Assembly: GCA_030693425.1 (NCBI GenBank)
Contig: JAUYAM010000002.1
Coordinates: forward strand, 81,151 to 145,150
Source: a bacterium
GTDB lineage: Bacteria; Patescibacteriota; Minisyncoccia; Minisyncoccales; GWA2-46-15
Length of the DNA: 64,000 nucleotides
Reading direction: 5' to 3'
How positions within the stretch are numbered: the stretch's first letter is position 1; each line of letters begins with the position of its first letter. The notes below the pieces were generated by a model. It saw only the letters and a program-made list of their open reading frames with translations. It made no database searches and was not told the origin of the DNA. Positions 1 through 9,256 of this stretch are shown piece after piece. The translations under genes and the position numbers were made by a program.

Positions 1-74
1 TAAGCTAAAAACCACCATTGCCGTCAGGATAAAAATAGTGGTTTTGTGGTAAAAACTGAAGGACATTTGAATTT

Positions 75-758
75 TTAGGTTTTTTGAGGCTTCTCTGGTT
101 CTTCGGCCGGCTCTCCTTTCTTTTCTTTCTCGAGAACCTGCACTTCTTCAACTTTCTCTTCGGCGGGCTTGGCCAATTCTTCCTCAATCTTTTCCGGAGG
201 CAGCACCTGGGCGACGATCTCCTCCGGCTGCCTGATGATTTTCACTCCTTGAGGCAGGACGAGGTCTTTTATCAGAATCGTTTTTTCCAGTTCATCGAGG
301 GCGTTGAGCTCAACTTTGATTTCATGAGGGAGATTTTGGGGCAGGGCTTGGACCTGGACTTCCTGGATGTTTTTGACCAAAGTGCCGCCGAAAGTCTTGA
401 CCGCTCCGGCTTCTCCTTCGAAGGCGAGGGGAACTTTGACTTTTATTTCTTTGGTGGCAGACGGCTGGTAAAAATCAACGTGGGACAAAGACAGAGTCAA
501 AGGGTCTTTTTGGATGTCGTGGACCAGGACCAGGAAAGCCAGCGGTTTTTTGAGGTCTGGACCCTCGACTTCGAGCTGAAGGAAAGAAGTTCTGCCGGTC
601 TCCTGAAAAACATTAATAAACTCCTTGGAATCCATTTCCAAATTGAAGTTTTCCTTGAGCCCCGGGCCATATAAGACAGCCGGAAGCTTTCCTTCTTTTC
701 TCAAATCTTCAGTTTTCTTTCCGAGAACGGATCTAATCCTAACTTTGAGGTTAAGCAT
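75..758 (-). CDS. rplY: 50S ribosomal protein L25 / Ctc family
   Basis: Track ORF 75..794. The conserved L25/Ctc N-terminus starts at an internal Met (MLNLKVRIR...GKLPAVLYG), followed by a Glu/Lys-rich tail. Start trimmed to the ATG at 758, 2 nt after the ferredoxin stop. Confidence 0.85.
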   Translation of the reverse strand: MLNLKVRIRSVLGKKTEDLRKEGKLPAVLYGPGLKENFNLEMDSKEFINVFQETGRTSFLQLEVEGPDLKKPLAFLVLVHDIQKDPLTLSLSHVDFYQPSATKEIKVKVPLAFEGEAGAVKTFGGTLVKNIQEVQVQALPQNLPHEIKVELNALDELEKTILIKDLVLPQGVKIIRQPEEIVAQVLPPEKIEEELAKPAEEKVEEVQVLEKEKKGEPAEEPEKPQKT

Positions 759-760
759 AG

Positions 761-955
761 TTATTTCATAACACGAATGACCTGGACAGGGCAAGCCTCG
801 GCCGCGCTTTCAGCGCACTCAATCAGCTCTTTTGAATTTTTGAGGTTTTTCTTTACCTCTGATTTGCCGTCTTCGGCCATTTCAAAAACGGCGGGGCAGA
901 TAGCGGCGCAGCTGCCGCAGCCGATGCACTTTTCTTTATCGACGACGATTTTCAT
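761..955 (-). CDS. small 4Fe-4S ferredoxin
   Basis: 64 aa with the CIGCGSCAAICP cluster motif plus a distal Cys-Pro (EACP). Confidence 0.8.
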   Translation of the reverse strand: MKIVVDKEKCIGCGSCAAICPAVFEMAEDGKSEVKKNLKNSKELIECAESAAEACPVQVIRVMK

Positions 956-1703
956 TCTTGTTGAAAATAATCTCTTTTAAATCCTTGGTAATTTCTAAAG
1001 GCCTAAGGTGTTGCCAGACGTTTCTGCCGACGGCAACACCGATAGCTCCTGCCGACATGATCTCTTTGACGGTTTTTAAGAACACTCGTTCCGTAATCTT
1101 CGGACCGCCAGCCATCATCACCTTGGTTTTGCCTGCCGCCCTGACAGCTTGGGCAAAGCAGTTTTTAGAGCCACAGTACTTTACTTTAACAATGTCGGCC
1201 CCGAGCTCCAATCCTACCCGAGCGGCATAGATGACATTGTCTGGGTAAAACTCATCTTTGATGTTTTTGCCCCTGGGATAACACCAGGCAATTACCGGAA
1301 GGCTAATTCCATGGGCCTGTTCTACGATTTTGCCGAATTCAGCCATCATAATTGATTCGTGCTCGCTGCCGATATAAATGGTATATCCGACAGCGCTGGC
1401 CCCTAAATCCAAAGCCTCTTTAACTGAGCAAACCTGGCGGGAGACCGGGTCTCCTGAAACCAGTTCTGTTTTGCCGTTCAGTTTTAAGATTAAGGGAACA
1501 TGGTATTTTTCTTTTGAATAGTATTTTTCGGCAATCCCTTTTTGCAGGATAATGGCGTTATAGCCTCCTTTTTCGGCGATCTCCAAAACGGTTTTTGGGT
1601 CAATGGCCGCCTCGCCAACGTCATCGGGCCCTAATTCTAATCCCTGATCATAGGCCAGAAAAAGAGCTTTTCCCTTGGTGGTAATTTTGTTTAAGCTGAC
1701 CAT
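936..1703 (-). CDS. class I fructose-bisphosphate aldolase, DhnA/FbaB archaeal type (DeoC/LacD superfamily)
   Basis: 255 aa. ILKLNG, PVIAWCYPRG and GADIVKVKY regions resemble DhnA-type aldolases. The related ADH synthase (AroA') cannot be excluded. Confidence 0.65.
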   Translation of the reverse strand: MVSLNKITTKGKALFLAYDQGLELGPDDVGEAAIDPKTVLEIAEKGGYNAIILQKGIAEKYYSKEKYHVPLILKLNGKTELVSGDPVSRQVCSVKEALDLGASAVGYTIYIGSEHESIMMAEFGKIVEQAHGISLPVIAWCYPRGKNIKDEFYPDNVIYAARVGLELGADIVKVKYCGSKNCFAQAVRAAGKTKVMMAGGPKITERVFLKTVKEIMSAGAIGVAVGRNVWQHLRPLEITKDLKEIIFNKNENRRR

Positions 1704-2680
1704 GCTCTTTTTCTAACCTTAATTTTTAGCAGGGGCTGGCCTTTTTTCAAGAGCCCCTGGTTTGCCCCGACCACGAGGATGTTACTGATAGCGTTTGACA
1801 TGGCTAACTTCAAGGCCCTTTCAATAATCCGTGGGAGGTCGGACCTCCCATGCTTTGCGGTCAGGCCGGCGACAAATCCCGACCCGAAAGAATCTCCGGC
1901 CCCGGTGGCGTCGACGACTTTGACTAAAGGAGCGGGTACATTGTAGATAAACTTTCCGTCGCAGGCTAGAGCTCCCTTTTTCCCTCGAGTGACAACAACA
2001 TAATGTTTAACCTCAGGGGTTAAACAGTTCGGGGCGAGTTTTTGGAAGATTGCTTTTTCCTTGAAGGGTTTGATGCCGGTCAGAAACGAAGCCTCGTCGT
2101 CATTCAATATTAAAACATCAATTTTTTCTAAAATCTGGCCAATGTTTTTTAAAACCAACTGATCAAGGCTTGGATTCAAAGCTATTTTTACCTTGTTTTG
2201 GTAAGCAAAATTAACTAGTTTTTCAGTTAAAGCGGCAGCTTGTTCCCACAAGGGCGCCAAATACAGCCATTTGGCATTTTTAAGCCCTTGCCAATCAATG
2301 TCTTTTTCATTTAGGGTTCTAGAGGCCCCGTGAAAAAGCAAGATAGTCCTTTCGATCTGGGCGTGTAAAATCAAGCCAATGTCGGTTTTTTCGCGGCTTT
2401 TGACTCTTACCATGCTCGCGTCAATGCCTTTTTTATTTAACTCGTCAATTATTTCCTGGCCGGCCAAATCTTGGCCCAAAACCCCGCAAAATCCGGTTTT
2501 TAGGCCCTGTAAAGCAAAAGTCGTGGCCGCGTTCAATCCCCCGCCCCCGGAAAAATAGCGGATGTTTTTTAATTCAATTTTTTCACCCAAAGGCAATACT
2601 AAATTATCGTGTTTTTGTAGGTCTTTGGCGTCCAAAAAAATATCTTTGGTGGCCGATCCAACGGCAATAATATCCAACAT
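1691..2680 (-). CDS. PfkB-family carbohydrate kinase
   Basis: PfkB signatures GGGGLNAA and DATGAGDSFGSGF. The track start at 2692 is a TTG; the ATG at 2680 (MLDIIAVG) is preferred. Confidence 0.75.
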   Translation of the reverse strand: MLDIIAVGSATKDIFLDAKDLQKHDNLVLPLGEKIELKNIRYFSGGGGLNAATTFALQGLKTGFCGVLGQDLAGQEIIDELNKKGIDASMVRVKSREKTDIGLILHAQIERTILLFHGASRTLNEKDIDWQGLKNAKWLYLAPLWEQAAALTEKLVNFAYQNKVKIALNPSLDQLVLKNIGQILEKIDVLILNDDEASFLTGIKPFKEKAIFQKLAPNCLTPEVKHYVVVTRGKKGALACDGKFIYNVPAPLVKVVDATGAGDSFGSGFVAGLTAKHGRSDLPRIIERALKLAMSNAISNILVVGANQGLLKKGQPLLKIKVRKRAWSA

Positions 2681-2905
2681 TTCGCTTGACAACTTTAAGT
2701 TTGTATGTTATTATGTTTTTGCGAGGAAAAAAACAGGTCGATCTCTCTTTGAAATTTCATTGAGAATCGGCTGAAAGATGGCAAATTTGAAAAGGGGCAA
2801 TCAGCGCGGGCATCGTCCCGCCCGCCCCAATAGGGAATTTTTTCCCCTCCTCCCTTCCGGAGGAGCTATAAAATAGCCCGCCTCGCTCTGGCTAATACCA
2901 ACCCT

Positions 2906-5404
2906 TCAATTTTTTTGAGGGGCTGTGTTTTTTTCAACTTCGTTGACTTTCATGATCGTTTTTATTACGCTGTCAGGATTGACGGAAATTGATTCGATCC
3001 CCTCTTTGACTAGGAATTCGACAAAATCGGGAAAGTTCGCTGACGCTTCGCCGCAGATGCCGACGTATTTGTTTTTCTTTTGGCAGGCTTTGATAATTTG
3101 CGAAATCATTTGTTTTACGGCCTCGTTTCTTTCGTCGCCGATTTTGCTCAATTCAGCGTTGTCGCGGTCTAATCCCAAAACCAGCTGGGCTAAGTCATTT
3201 GATCCGATTGACATGCCGTCAAATATATTCAGGAATTCGTCGGCAAGCAAAATGTTTGAAGGAATTTCCGCCATGACCAATACCTTGAGTTTTTCCTCGC
3301 CCGCCGTAGCTTTAGCGGCTTCAGCAGAAGTGGGTTTCAAGCCATTTTTCGCCAAGAGATCCAGAACTTTCTTGCCTTCTTTCGGGGTGCGGCAAAAAGG
3401 CACCATCAGCCAAATATTCTTCAAGCCGAATTCATTGATTGCTTTTTTAATCGCTTGACACTCCATTTCAAAAGCCGGCTGGAATTTTTGGCTGTAATAT
3501 CTGGAAGCGCCGCGCAATCCTATCATTGGGTTTTGTTCCTCCGGCTCGAATAATTCTCCGCCAATCAAATTCCGGTACTCATTAGTTTTGAGGTCTGACA
3601 AACGGAGAATTATTGGCCTTGGCCAAAAGGCGGCGGCAATTTGTGAAATTCCCTCGGCCAGTTCATCGACAAAATATTCTTTTTTATCTTTATAACCAAC
3701 CGTTATTTCGTCTATTTGCTTGATTATTGTTTTTAATTTGGGATTTTGAATTTGGGATTTGTTTGGAACTTGGAACTTAGAACTTGGAACCTTGAGCTCT
3801 TTGTAGTGATAAAGAGCGAGCGGATGTATCTTTATCTTTTCCGCCAAAATGAACTCTGTTCTTGCCAGTCCCACGCCCGCAGCCGGCAGGAATGACGTTT
3901 TATAAGCGATTTCCGGGGCGCCGATATTAACCATTATCTTTGTTTTTGTTTCTGGTAGCTTCCGGAGATCCGATCTCCGGAAGCTAAAGGGAATTTTGCC
4001 CTTGAAAATCCGACCTTCTCCGGACGAACAATCAATGGTGGTTTCTTTGCCGGTTTTCAGCATTTTGGTTCCGGTTTTTGTTCCGACAACCGCAGGAATG
4101 CCTAGTTCCCGTGAAACAATAGCGGCGTGGGAGGTCCGACCTCCTTCGTCTGTGACGAGAGCTGAGGCGATTCGCATTGCCGGCAGCCAATCAGGATCAG
4201 TCATCTTCGTCACCAACACTTCGCCCTGTCTGAAATGGCTGATTTCGGCCGTGCTCTTTATAATTTTCGCCCTGCCTTGGCCGATTTTACTGCCGATGGC
4301 GATTCCTTTAAGAATCGGCTTTTGGCTGGTTTTTATTTCATACTCTTCAAAATAGTTCTGTGATTTGATTGCCTGGACTGTTTCCGGCCTTGATTGGACA
4401 ACGAACAATTTTCCGGTCTTGCCGTCCTTGGCCCATTCAATGTCCTGGGGCTGGCCATAGTGTTTTTCAATCAGGCAGGCCCACTTGGCCAGGGTCAGGA
4501 CTTCTTCTTCTGTCAGGGAAAATCTGGCTTGTTCGCCAGGAGACACCGCCATTTCTTTTAGGCCGCCTTTTTCATCAAAGACGTATTTTCTTGTTTTCCG
4601 GCCGAGATTTTTGACGATGACCGGCCGATAATCTTTGAGAGTTGGTTTGAAAACGCAGAATTCATCCGGAGTAATTTTTCCTTTGACGATTAGTTCTCCG
4701 ACGCCGTAGATTGAGTTAACTAGGACGACGTTTCTAAAACCGCTTTCCGTATCCAGAGTGAAAATGATGCCCGAGCTGGCCAGATCCGACCGAACCATTT
4801 TTTGAACGCCGACCGAAAGAGCGAATTTCAACTGGGGAATTTTGTTCTGTTCGCGGTAGGCAATGGCTCGGTCGGTGAAAATCGAGATCAGACTTTGTTT
4901 GACAGCCCAAAGCAGTTTTTCTTCGCCTTTGACGTTGAGAAAAGTTTCGAATTGTCCGGCAAAAGAAGCAGTCGGACTGTCTTCGGCCACGCCCGAGGTT
5001 CTGACGGCAACCTCGATTTCTTTTGAGCCGTATTTTTCTGACAGTTGTTGGTAGAATTTCCTCGTTTCATTTTCCAGGTCAGCTGGGATTCTGCTCTGTA
5101 AAATCAGCCGGCGGCAGAATTTTCCGGTTTTCTGCAGGCTGACAATGTTTTGCGGATTAAAATCCTTAAAAGCGCTCTCCAGTTTTTTCTGCAGGTGGTT
5201 TTCTTTTATGAAGCGCCAATAAGCCCGGCTGGTCAAGGCAAAGCCGTTCGGAACATTAATCCCCTGCCTACCGGCAGGCAGGCTTTTTCTGGTCAATTCG
5301 GAAAACATTTCCCCCAAAGAAGCGTTTTTTCCGCCCACCAGCGACACGTCTTTAATAGAAATATCTTTGAACCATAAAATCAATTTTTCTGTTTTCTTTT
5401 TCAT
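2906..5404 (-). CDS. ppsA: phosphoenolpyruvate synthase (pyruvate, water dikinase)
   Basis: 832 aa. N-terminal VGGKNASLGEM, phosphohistidine region GGRTSHAAIVSRELGIPAV, C-terminal PEP-utilising domain (GSNDLAQL). Confidence 0.9.
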   Translation of the reverse strand: MKKKTEKLILWFKDISIKDVSLVGGKNASLGEMFSELTRKSLPAGRQGINVPNGFALTSRAYWRFIKENHLQKKLESAFKDFNPQNIVSLQKTGKFCRRLILQSRIPADLENETRKFYQQLSEKYGSKEIEVAVRTSGVAEDSPTASFAGQFETFLNVKGEEKLLWAVKQSLISIFTDRAIAYREQNKIPQLKFALSVGVQKMVRSDLASSGIIFTLDTESGFRNVVLVNSIYGVGELIVKGKITPDEFCVFKPTLKDYRPVIVKNLGRKTRKYVFDEKGGLKEMAVSPGEQARFSLTEEEVLTLAKWACLIEKHYGQPQDIEWAKDGKTGKLFVVQSRPETVQAIKSQNYFEEYEIKTSQKPILKGIAIGSKIGQGRAKIIKSTAEISHFRQGEVLVTKMTDPDWLPAMRIASALVTDEGGRTSHAAIVSRELGIPAVVGTKTGTKMLKTGKETTIDCSSGEGRIFKGKIPFSFRRSDLRKLPETKTKIMVNIGAPEIAYKTSFLPAAGVGLARTEFILAEKIKIHPLALYHYKELKVPSSKFQVPNKSQIQNPKLKTIIKQIDEITVGYKDKKEYFVDELAEGISQIAAAFWPRPIILRLSDLKTNEYRNLIGGELFEPEEQNPMIGLRGASRYYSQKFQPAFEMECQAIKKAINEFGLKNIWLMVPFCRTPKEGKKVLDLLAKNGLKPTSAEAAKATAGEEKLKVLVMAEIPSNILLADEFLNIFDGMSIGSNDLAQLVLGLDRDNAELSKIGDERNEAVKQMISQIIKACQKKNKYVGICGEASANFPDFVEFLVKEGIESISVNPDSVIKTIMKVNEVEKNTAPQKN
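3737..3792. repeat. tandem heptamer array inside ppsA (about 4x TTTGGGA-like followed by 4x GGAACTT-like)
   Basis: Read directly: tttggga ttttgaa tttggga tttgttt ggaactt ggaactt agaactt ggaacct. Encodes the low-complexity insert KVPSSKFQVPNKSQIQNPKL. Confidence 0.85.
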
Positions 5405-5410
5405 TTTTTG

Positions 5411-5440
5411 TCACTCTACTGCTACGTAGCAGTAGAGTGA
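5411..5440. repeat. perfect 30-bp palindrome, core CTGCTACGTAGCAG (family member 1)
   Basis: tcactctactgctac|gtagcagtagagtga. Lies between the acs stop (5445) and the ppsA start (5404). Confidence 0.9.
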
Positions 5441-5444
5441 GCGG

Positions 5445-7355
5445 TTAATTGGGTTTAACTTGAGCTTTGATTTTTTCTACGATTTCGGGATTGGCCAGGG
5501 TGGAAAGATCGCCCAACTCTTCGCCGATCAGAAGTTTCTTTAAGATTCTTCGCATAATCTTTCCCGAGCGGGTCTTGGGCAAATCTTCAACAATGTAAAT
5601 TTGTTTTGGCAGGGCGATCGGTCCGATCTCTTTTTTAATTTGGTCAATCACCGCTTGTTTTAATTCGTTTTCATTGGGATTTAACTTACCTTGGGTATCT
5701 GAGGTGCTGAAAAACGGGCCTTTTTCCCTGACGGCGAAAACAACAATCGCTTCTCCTTTTATCTCGTCGGGAACGCCGACGACAGCTGTCTCGCCTAAAA
5801 ATTCGTGTTTGTTGACAGCGTTTTCCAGTTCGCCAGTTGAAATCCGGTGGCCAGCCACTTTTAAAACATCGTCAACCCGGCCCAGGATTCTGACTAACCC
5901 TTCTTTGTTTTTGAAAGCCGCGTCAGAAGTAAAATAGGTTTTACCGCCATACTGCGACCAGTAAGTTTGACGGTATTTTTCGTCGTTGTTATAAATGCCG
6001 CGTAGCATGCCTGGAGGAAAAGGCGGCAGGATTACTAGATTGCCGGATTTTCCGGCCGGGCAAGATTGGCCTTGTTCGTCTAAAATGTCGGCTTTGACGC
6101 CGGGGAAAGGCAGTCCGGCAAAAGCGGGCTTAAAAGGGCCTATTCCGGGCAAGGAGCTGATCAAAATACCGCCGGTTTCTGTTTGCCACCAGGTGTCAAC
6201 GATTTCGCATTTGCTTTTGCCGACATTTTCAAAATACCACAGCCAGGCCGCTTCGTCGATCGGCTCTCCCACCGAACCCAAAAGGCGCAGGCTGGAAAGA
6301 TTTTCTTCCTTGATTTCTGCCTCGCCGTATTTTTGGAACATTCTGATGGCAGTGGGAGCGGTGTAAAAAATCGTGATTTTGTGTTTTTCAATGGTTTTTG
6401 CCCAGCGGTCAGGAGCGGGCCAGTCAGGCGCGCCCTCAAACATCAAAGTGGCGATGCCGTTGAGCAGAGGCGAGTAAACGCCGTAAGTATGGCCGGTCAC
6501 CCAACCTATATCGGCGGTGCACCAAAAAATATCATCATCTTTGAAATCGAAAATCCATTTGCCGGTAGCTTGAGCCTGGACCGCGTAGCCGCCGCAGGTG
6601 TGCAAAATTCCTTTGGGTTGGCCCGTCGAGCCGCTCGTATATAAGATAAAAAATGGGTCTTCGCTGTCCATTGTCTCTGGGGAGCATTCCGGCTTTTCTT
6701 TGGTTATAAGTTCATGCCACCAGAAATCGCGGTTTTCCTGCCAAGAAATCTCATTGCCCGCTCTTTTGACGAGAATCACTTTTTCAACTGAAGTTTCCCC
6801 GACGCCTTGGTCAGCCGCGGCTTTGAGATTGATGACTTGACCCCTTCTATAGTAGCCGTCGGCAGTAATCAGGATTTTGGCGCCGGTGTCTTGAATCCGG
6901 GCTTGCAGGGCAGTGGGCGAAAAGGCGGAAAAAACCACCGAATGGACAGCCCCGATTCTGGCGCAGGCGAGCATGGAAACAACGGTTTCCGGGATCATCG
7001 GCATATAGATCGCCACTCTATCCCCCTTTTTGACACCAAGCTTTTTTAAGGCATTGGCAAATTTACAAACTTCGGCAAAAAGCTGGCCGTAAGTAATTAG
7101 TTTTAGCTTTTCTTCAAGAGGTTCCGGTTCCCAGATCAGGGCGGTTTTGTCCCCCTTGTCTTTTAAATGCCGGTCAAGACAGGATTCGGTGATATTGAGC
7201 TTGCCGCCAATAAACCACTTAAAGTAGGGCGGCTCATGAACAAAAGCTTTTCCCCATTTTTTCTGCCAGGAGATTTCTGAAGCCAAATCCTCCCAGAACC
7301 CAATTGGGTCTTTGCTTGCCTTTTCGTATATTGGTTTGTCCTTTTTGATTTCCAT
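5445..7355 (-). CDS. acs: acetyl-CoA synthetase (AMP-forming)
   Basis: Motifs YTSGSTGQPKG, WWQTETGG and SGKIMRR. Start trimmed from 7460 to the internal Met (MEIKKDKPIYE). Confidence 0.9.
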   Translation of the reverse strand: MEIKKDKPIYEKASKDPIGFWEDLASEISWQKKWGKAFVHEPPYFKWFIGGKLNITESCLDRHLKDKGDKTALIWEPEPLEEKLKLITYGQLFAEVCKFANALKKLGVKKGDRVAIYMPMIPETVVSMLACARIGAVHSVVFSAFSPTALQARIQDTGAKILITADGYYRRGQVINLKAAADQGVGETSVEKVILVKRAGNEISWQENRDFWWHELITKEKPECSPETMDSEDPFFILYTSGSTGQPKGILHTCGGYAVQAQATGKWIFDFKDDDIFWCTADIGWVTGHTYGVYSPLLNGIATLMFEGAPDWPAPDRWAKTIEKHKITIFYTAPTAIRMFQKYGEAEIKEENLSSLRLLGSVGEPIDEAAWLWYFENVGKSKCEIVDTWWQTETGGILISSLPGIGPFKPAFAGLPFPGVKADILDEQGQSCPAGKSGNLVILPPFPPGMLRGIYNNDEKYRQTYWSQYGGKTYFTSDAAFKNKEGLVRILGRVDDVLKVAGHRISTGELENAVNKHEFLGETAVVGVPDEIKGEAIVVFAVREKGPFFSTSDTQGKLNPNENELKQAVIDQIKKEIGPIALPKQIYIVEDLPKTRSGKIMRRILKKLLIGEELGDLSTLANPEIVEKIKAQVKPN

Positions 7356-7477
7356 ATTTTCATTGTACCTTAAAAAGCGCCTCAAAGCACGTGAAAAAGC
7401 CGGCTGGACAAGATGCGGAAATTGTGAGAGATTGATATTGTTTAAATTTTTCAAAACCATAGGAAAGAGAGGATAGA

Positions 7478-7735
7478 ATGCTAATCATTAAGGCAAAGGA
7501 AGTCGACGCGAATGAGCGTCGCACCCTCGGGGATCAAAAGCTCTTATACACTGCTGAGGAAGGCTGGCTCGTTCTTTTTACTGGGCCGATCGCGGATAAG
7601 GATGAAGGTCCAGCCAAAGTAGCTGCTCGAAAACAGGTGGCTGCGAATTTCAATGTCAAGTTTGACGACATTGAAGCGGTGATTATTCCGTGGAATGCGG
7701 CGGTCATCTTGGTGAGAGGAGCAAAGAGGAGGTAG
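7478..7735 (+). CDS. hypothetical small protein (85 aa)
   Basis: ORF with a purine-rich stretch (gagagga) upstream and locally higher GC. No recognisable motif. Confidence 0.35.
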   Translation: MLIIKAKEVDANERRTLGDQKLLYTAEEGWLVLFTGPIADKDEGPAKVAARKQVAANFNVKFDDIEAVIIPWNAAVILVRGAKRR

Positions 7736-7751
7736 AATTCGTAAAGACCAA

Positions 7752-7775
7752 AAGATCGCCCCCGCGGGCGATCTT
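7752..7775. terminator. bidirectional hairpin between convergent genes
   Basis: aagatcgccc-ccgc-gggcgatctt, a 10-bp perfect stem. On the minus strand it is followed by uugguCUUU. Lies between ORF 7478..7735 and the gap stop. Confidence 0.5.
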
Positions 7776-7800
7776 AAGTTTCCGAAAAAGTTAGTTATTC

Positions 7801-8841
7801 TTAGAGTCTTTTAGCGACGAATTCCGTCAGTTCTACCAGCCGGCAGGAATAGCCCCATTCGTTGTCATACCAGGCCACCACCCTGACCAGGTTTTGATCT
7901 TTGACTTTGGGCAAATTTATGACTTCGGTCAAAGGCAGATCGACAATCGCGGAAAAAGTCGTGCCGATAATGTCACTGGATACCAGATTTTCTTCAGAAA
8001 CTTCGAGAATTCCCTTCAATTCGCCTTTTGCGGCTTTTTCGAAAACCTTATTAACTTCCTCGACGCTCGTTTCTCTTTTTATCTGGGCGACGATCTCTAG
8101 GACAGATCCGGCAAGAACCGGCACCCTAAAAGCAGATCCCGAGATTTTTCCTTCGAGTTCCGGCAGGACCCTGACAACGGCTTCGCCGGCTCCGGTTGAG
8201 GCCGGAATAATATTATTGAAAGCAGCTCGGCCTTCTCGCAGATCTTTCTTCGGAGCATCCACCAAGCTTTGGCTGGCAGTGACGGCGTGGATCGTCGTCA
8301 TCTGGGCTTTTTCAATCCCAAAATCTTTATCCAGAACCTTCATTACTGGTGCGGCGCAATTAGTAGTGCAGGAGCAATTGGCGATTATCTGGTGTTTTTT
8401 AGGATTGTAGAGTTTTTCGTTGACTCCTAAAACGACGGAAAGATCGGCGTCTTTTGAATTGGCGGAGATAATCACTTTTTTAGCTCCGGCCTCCAAATGT
8501 TTTTGGGCCTCTTTTCTGGCCGTGAATTTCCCGGTTGATTCGATGACAACCTGGACGCCGAGTTCTTCCCAGGGCAGGCTCAAGGGGTCAGTTTTATCTA
8601 AAACCAGGATAGATTTCCCGTTGATTGACAAGGCCCCGATCGCCCCCTTTATCCCCTTTCTCAAAGAGATTTCTTTTTTCCAGGTTCCGTAGACAGAATC
8701 GTGCTTTAAGAGATAAGCGATGTTGTCCAGGCTGGCGAGATCGTTGACAGCCGCCACCTCTAAATCCGGGTGATTTTCCAAAATCCGTCGCAACGTTAAT
8801 CGGCCTATTCTACCAAAACCATTAATAGCGATTTTTATCAT
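7801..8841 (-). CDS. gap: glyceraldehyde-3-phosphate dehydrogenase
   Basis: INGFGRIGR NAD-binding fold and the active-site motif SCTTNCAAP. Confidence 0.95.
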   Translation of the reverse strand: MIKIAINGFGRIGRLTLRRILENHPDLEVAAVNDLASLDNIAYLLKHDSVYGTWKKEISLRKGIKGAIGALSINGKSILVLDKTDPLSLPWEELGVQVVIESTGKFTARKEAQKHLEAGAKKVIISANSKDADLSVVLGVNEKLYNPKKHQIIANCSCTTNCAAPVMKVLDKDFGIEKAQMTTIHAVTASQSLVDAPKKDLREGRAAFNNIIPASTGAGEAVVRVLPELEGKISGSAFRVPVLAGSVLEIVAQIKRETSVEEVNKVFEKAAKGELKGILEVSEENLVSSDIIGTTFSAIVDLPLTEVINLPKVKDQNLVRVVAWYDNEWGYSCRLVELTEFVAKRL

Positions 8842-8862
8842 AGTTTTTTAGAGGCCAACTTG

Positions 8863-8891
8863 CCCCGTAGCGAACTTGTTCTGCTACGGGG
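8863..8891. repeat. hairpin CCCCGTAGC-N11-GCTACGGGG
   Basis: 9-bp stem sharing the GCTACG/CGTAGC core with the palindrome family. Intergenic between the glutaredoxin-like gene and gap. Confidence 0.6.
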
Positions 8892-8996
8892 TTCTTCCAA
8901 AACCGTTAATTGCTACTTTAGTCATAATAGTTATCAGCATTAATCAACATATTGCCCTGGCCACTGATTTATGCCGATTTCGCCGATTTATGCTGA

Positions 8997-9239
8997 TTAT
9001 TCTATGTTCAACAACTTACTTATTTTCTCTTTATCAAAGCCGACAATCCACTGATCGTCGATGTCGATGACCGGAACGCCGAACTGCCCGGTCTTTTTAA
9101 CCATTTCCTCAAGAGCTATTTCGTTTTGGGAAACGTCGATGTCTTCAAACTCAAAGCTCTTTTCTTTCAAGAATTCTTTTAAGGTGACGCAGTAAGGGCA
9201 GGTCGGGGTGCTAAATATCCTAATTTTAGGTTTTATCAT
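8997..9239 (-). CDS. glutaredoxin-like protein (NrdH/Grx family)
   Basis: 80 aa. CPYC redox motif near the N-terminus and a thioredoxin-fold pattern (GVPVIDID). Confidence 0.8.
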   Translation of the reverse strand: MIKPKIRIFSTPTCPYCVTLKEFLKEKSFEFEDIDVSQNEIALEEMVKKTGQFGVPVIDIDDQWIVGFDKEKISKLLNIE

Positions 9240-9256
9240 TTCTTCTAAATGATCTA

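Noticed and set aside
84-674. 196-aa plus-strand ORF
   Set aside because: It is antisense to the well-supported L25/Ctc gene, its composition is Phe/Leu-rich and low in complexity, and it has no motif. It is a typical shadow ORF.
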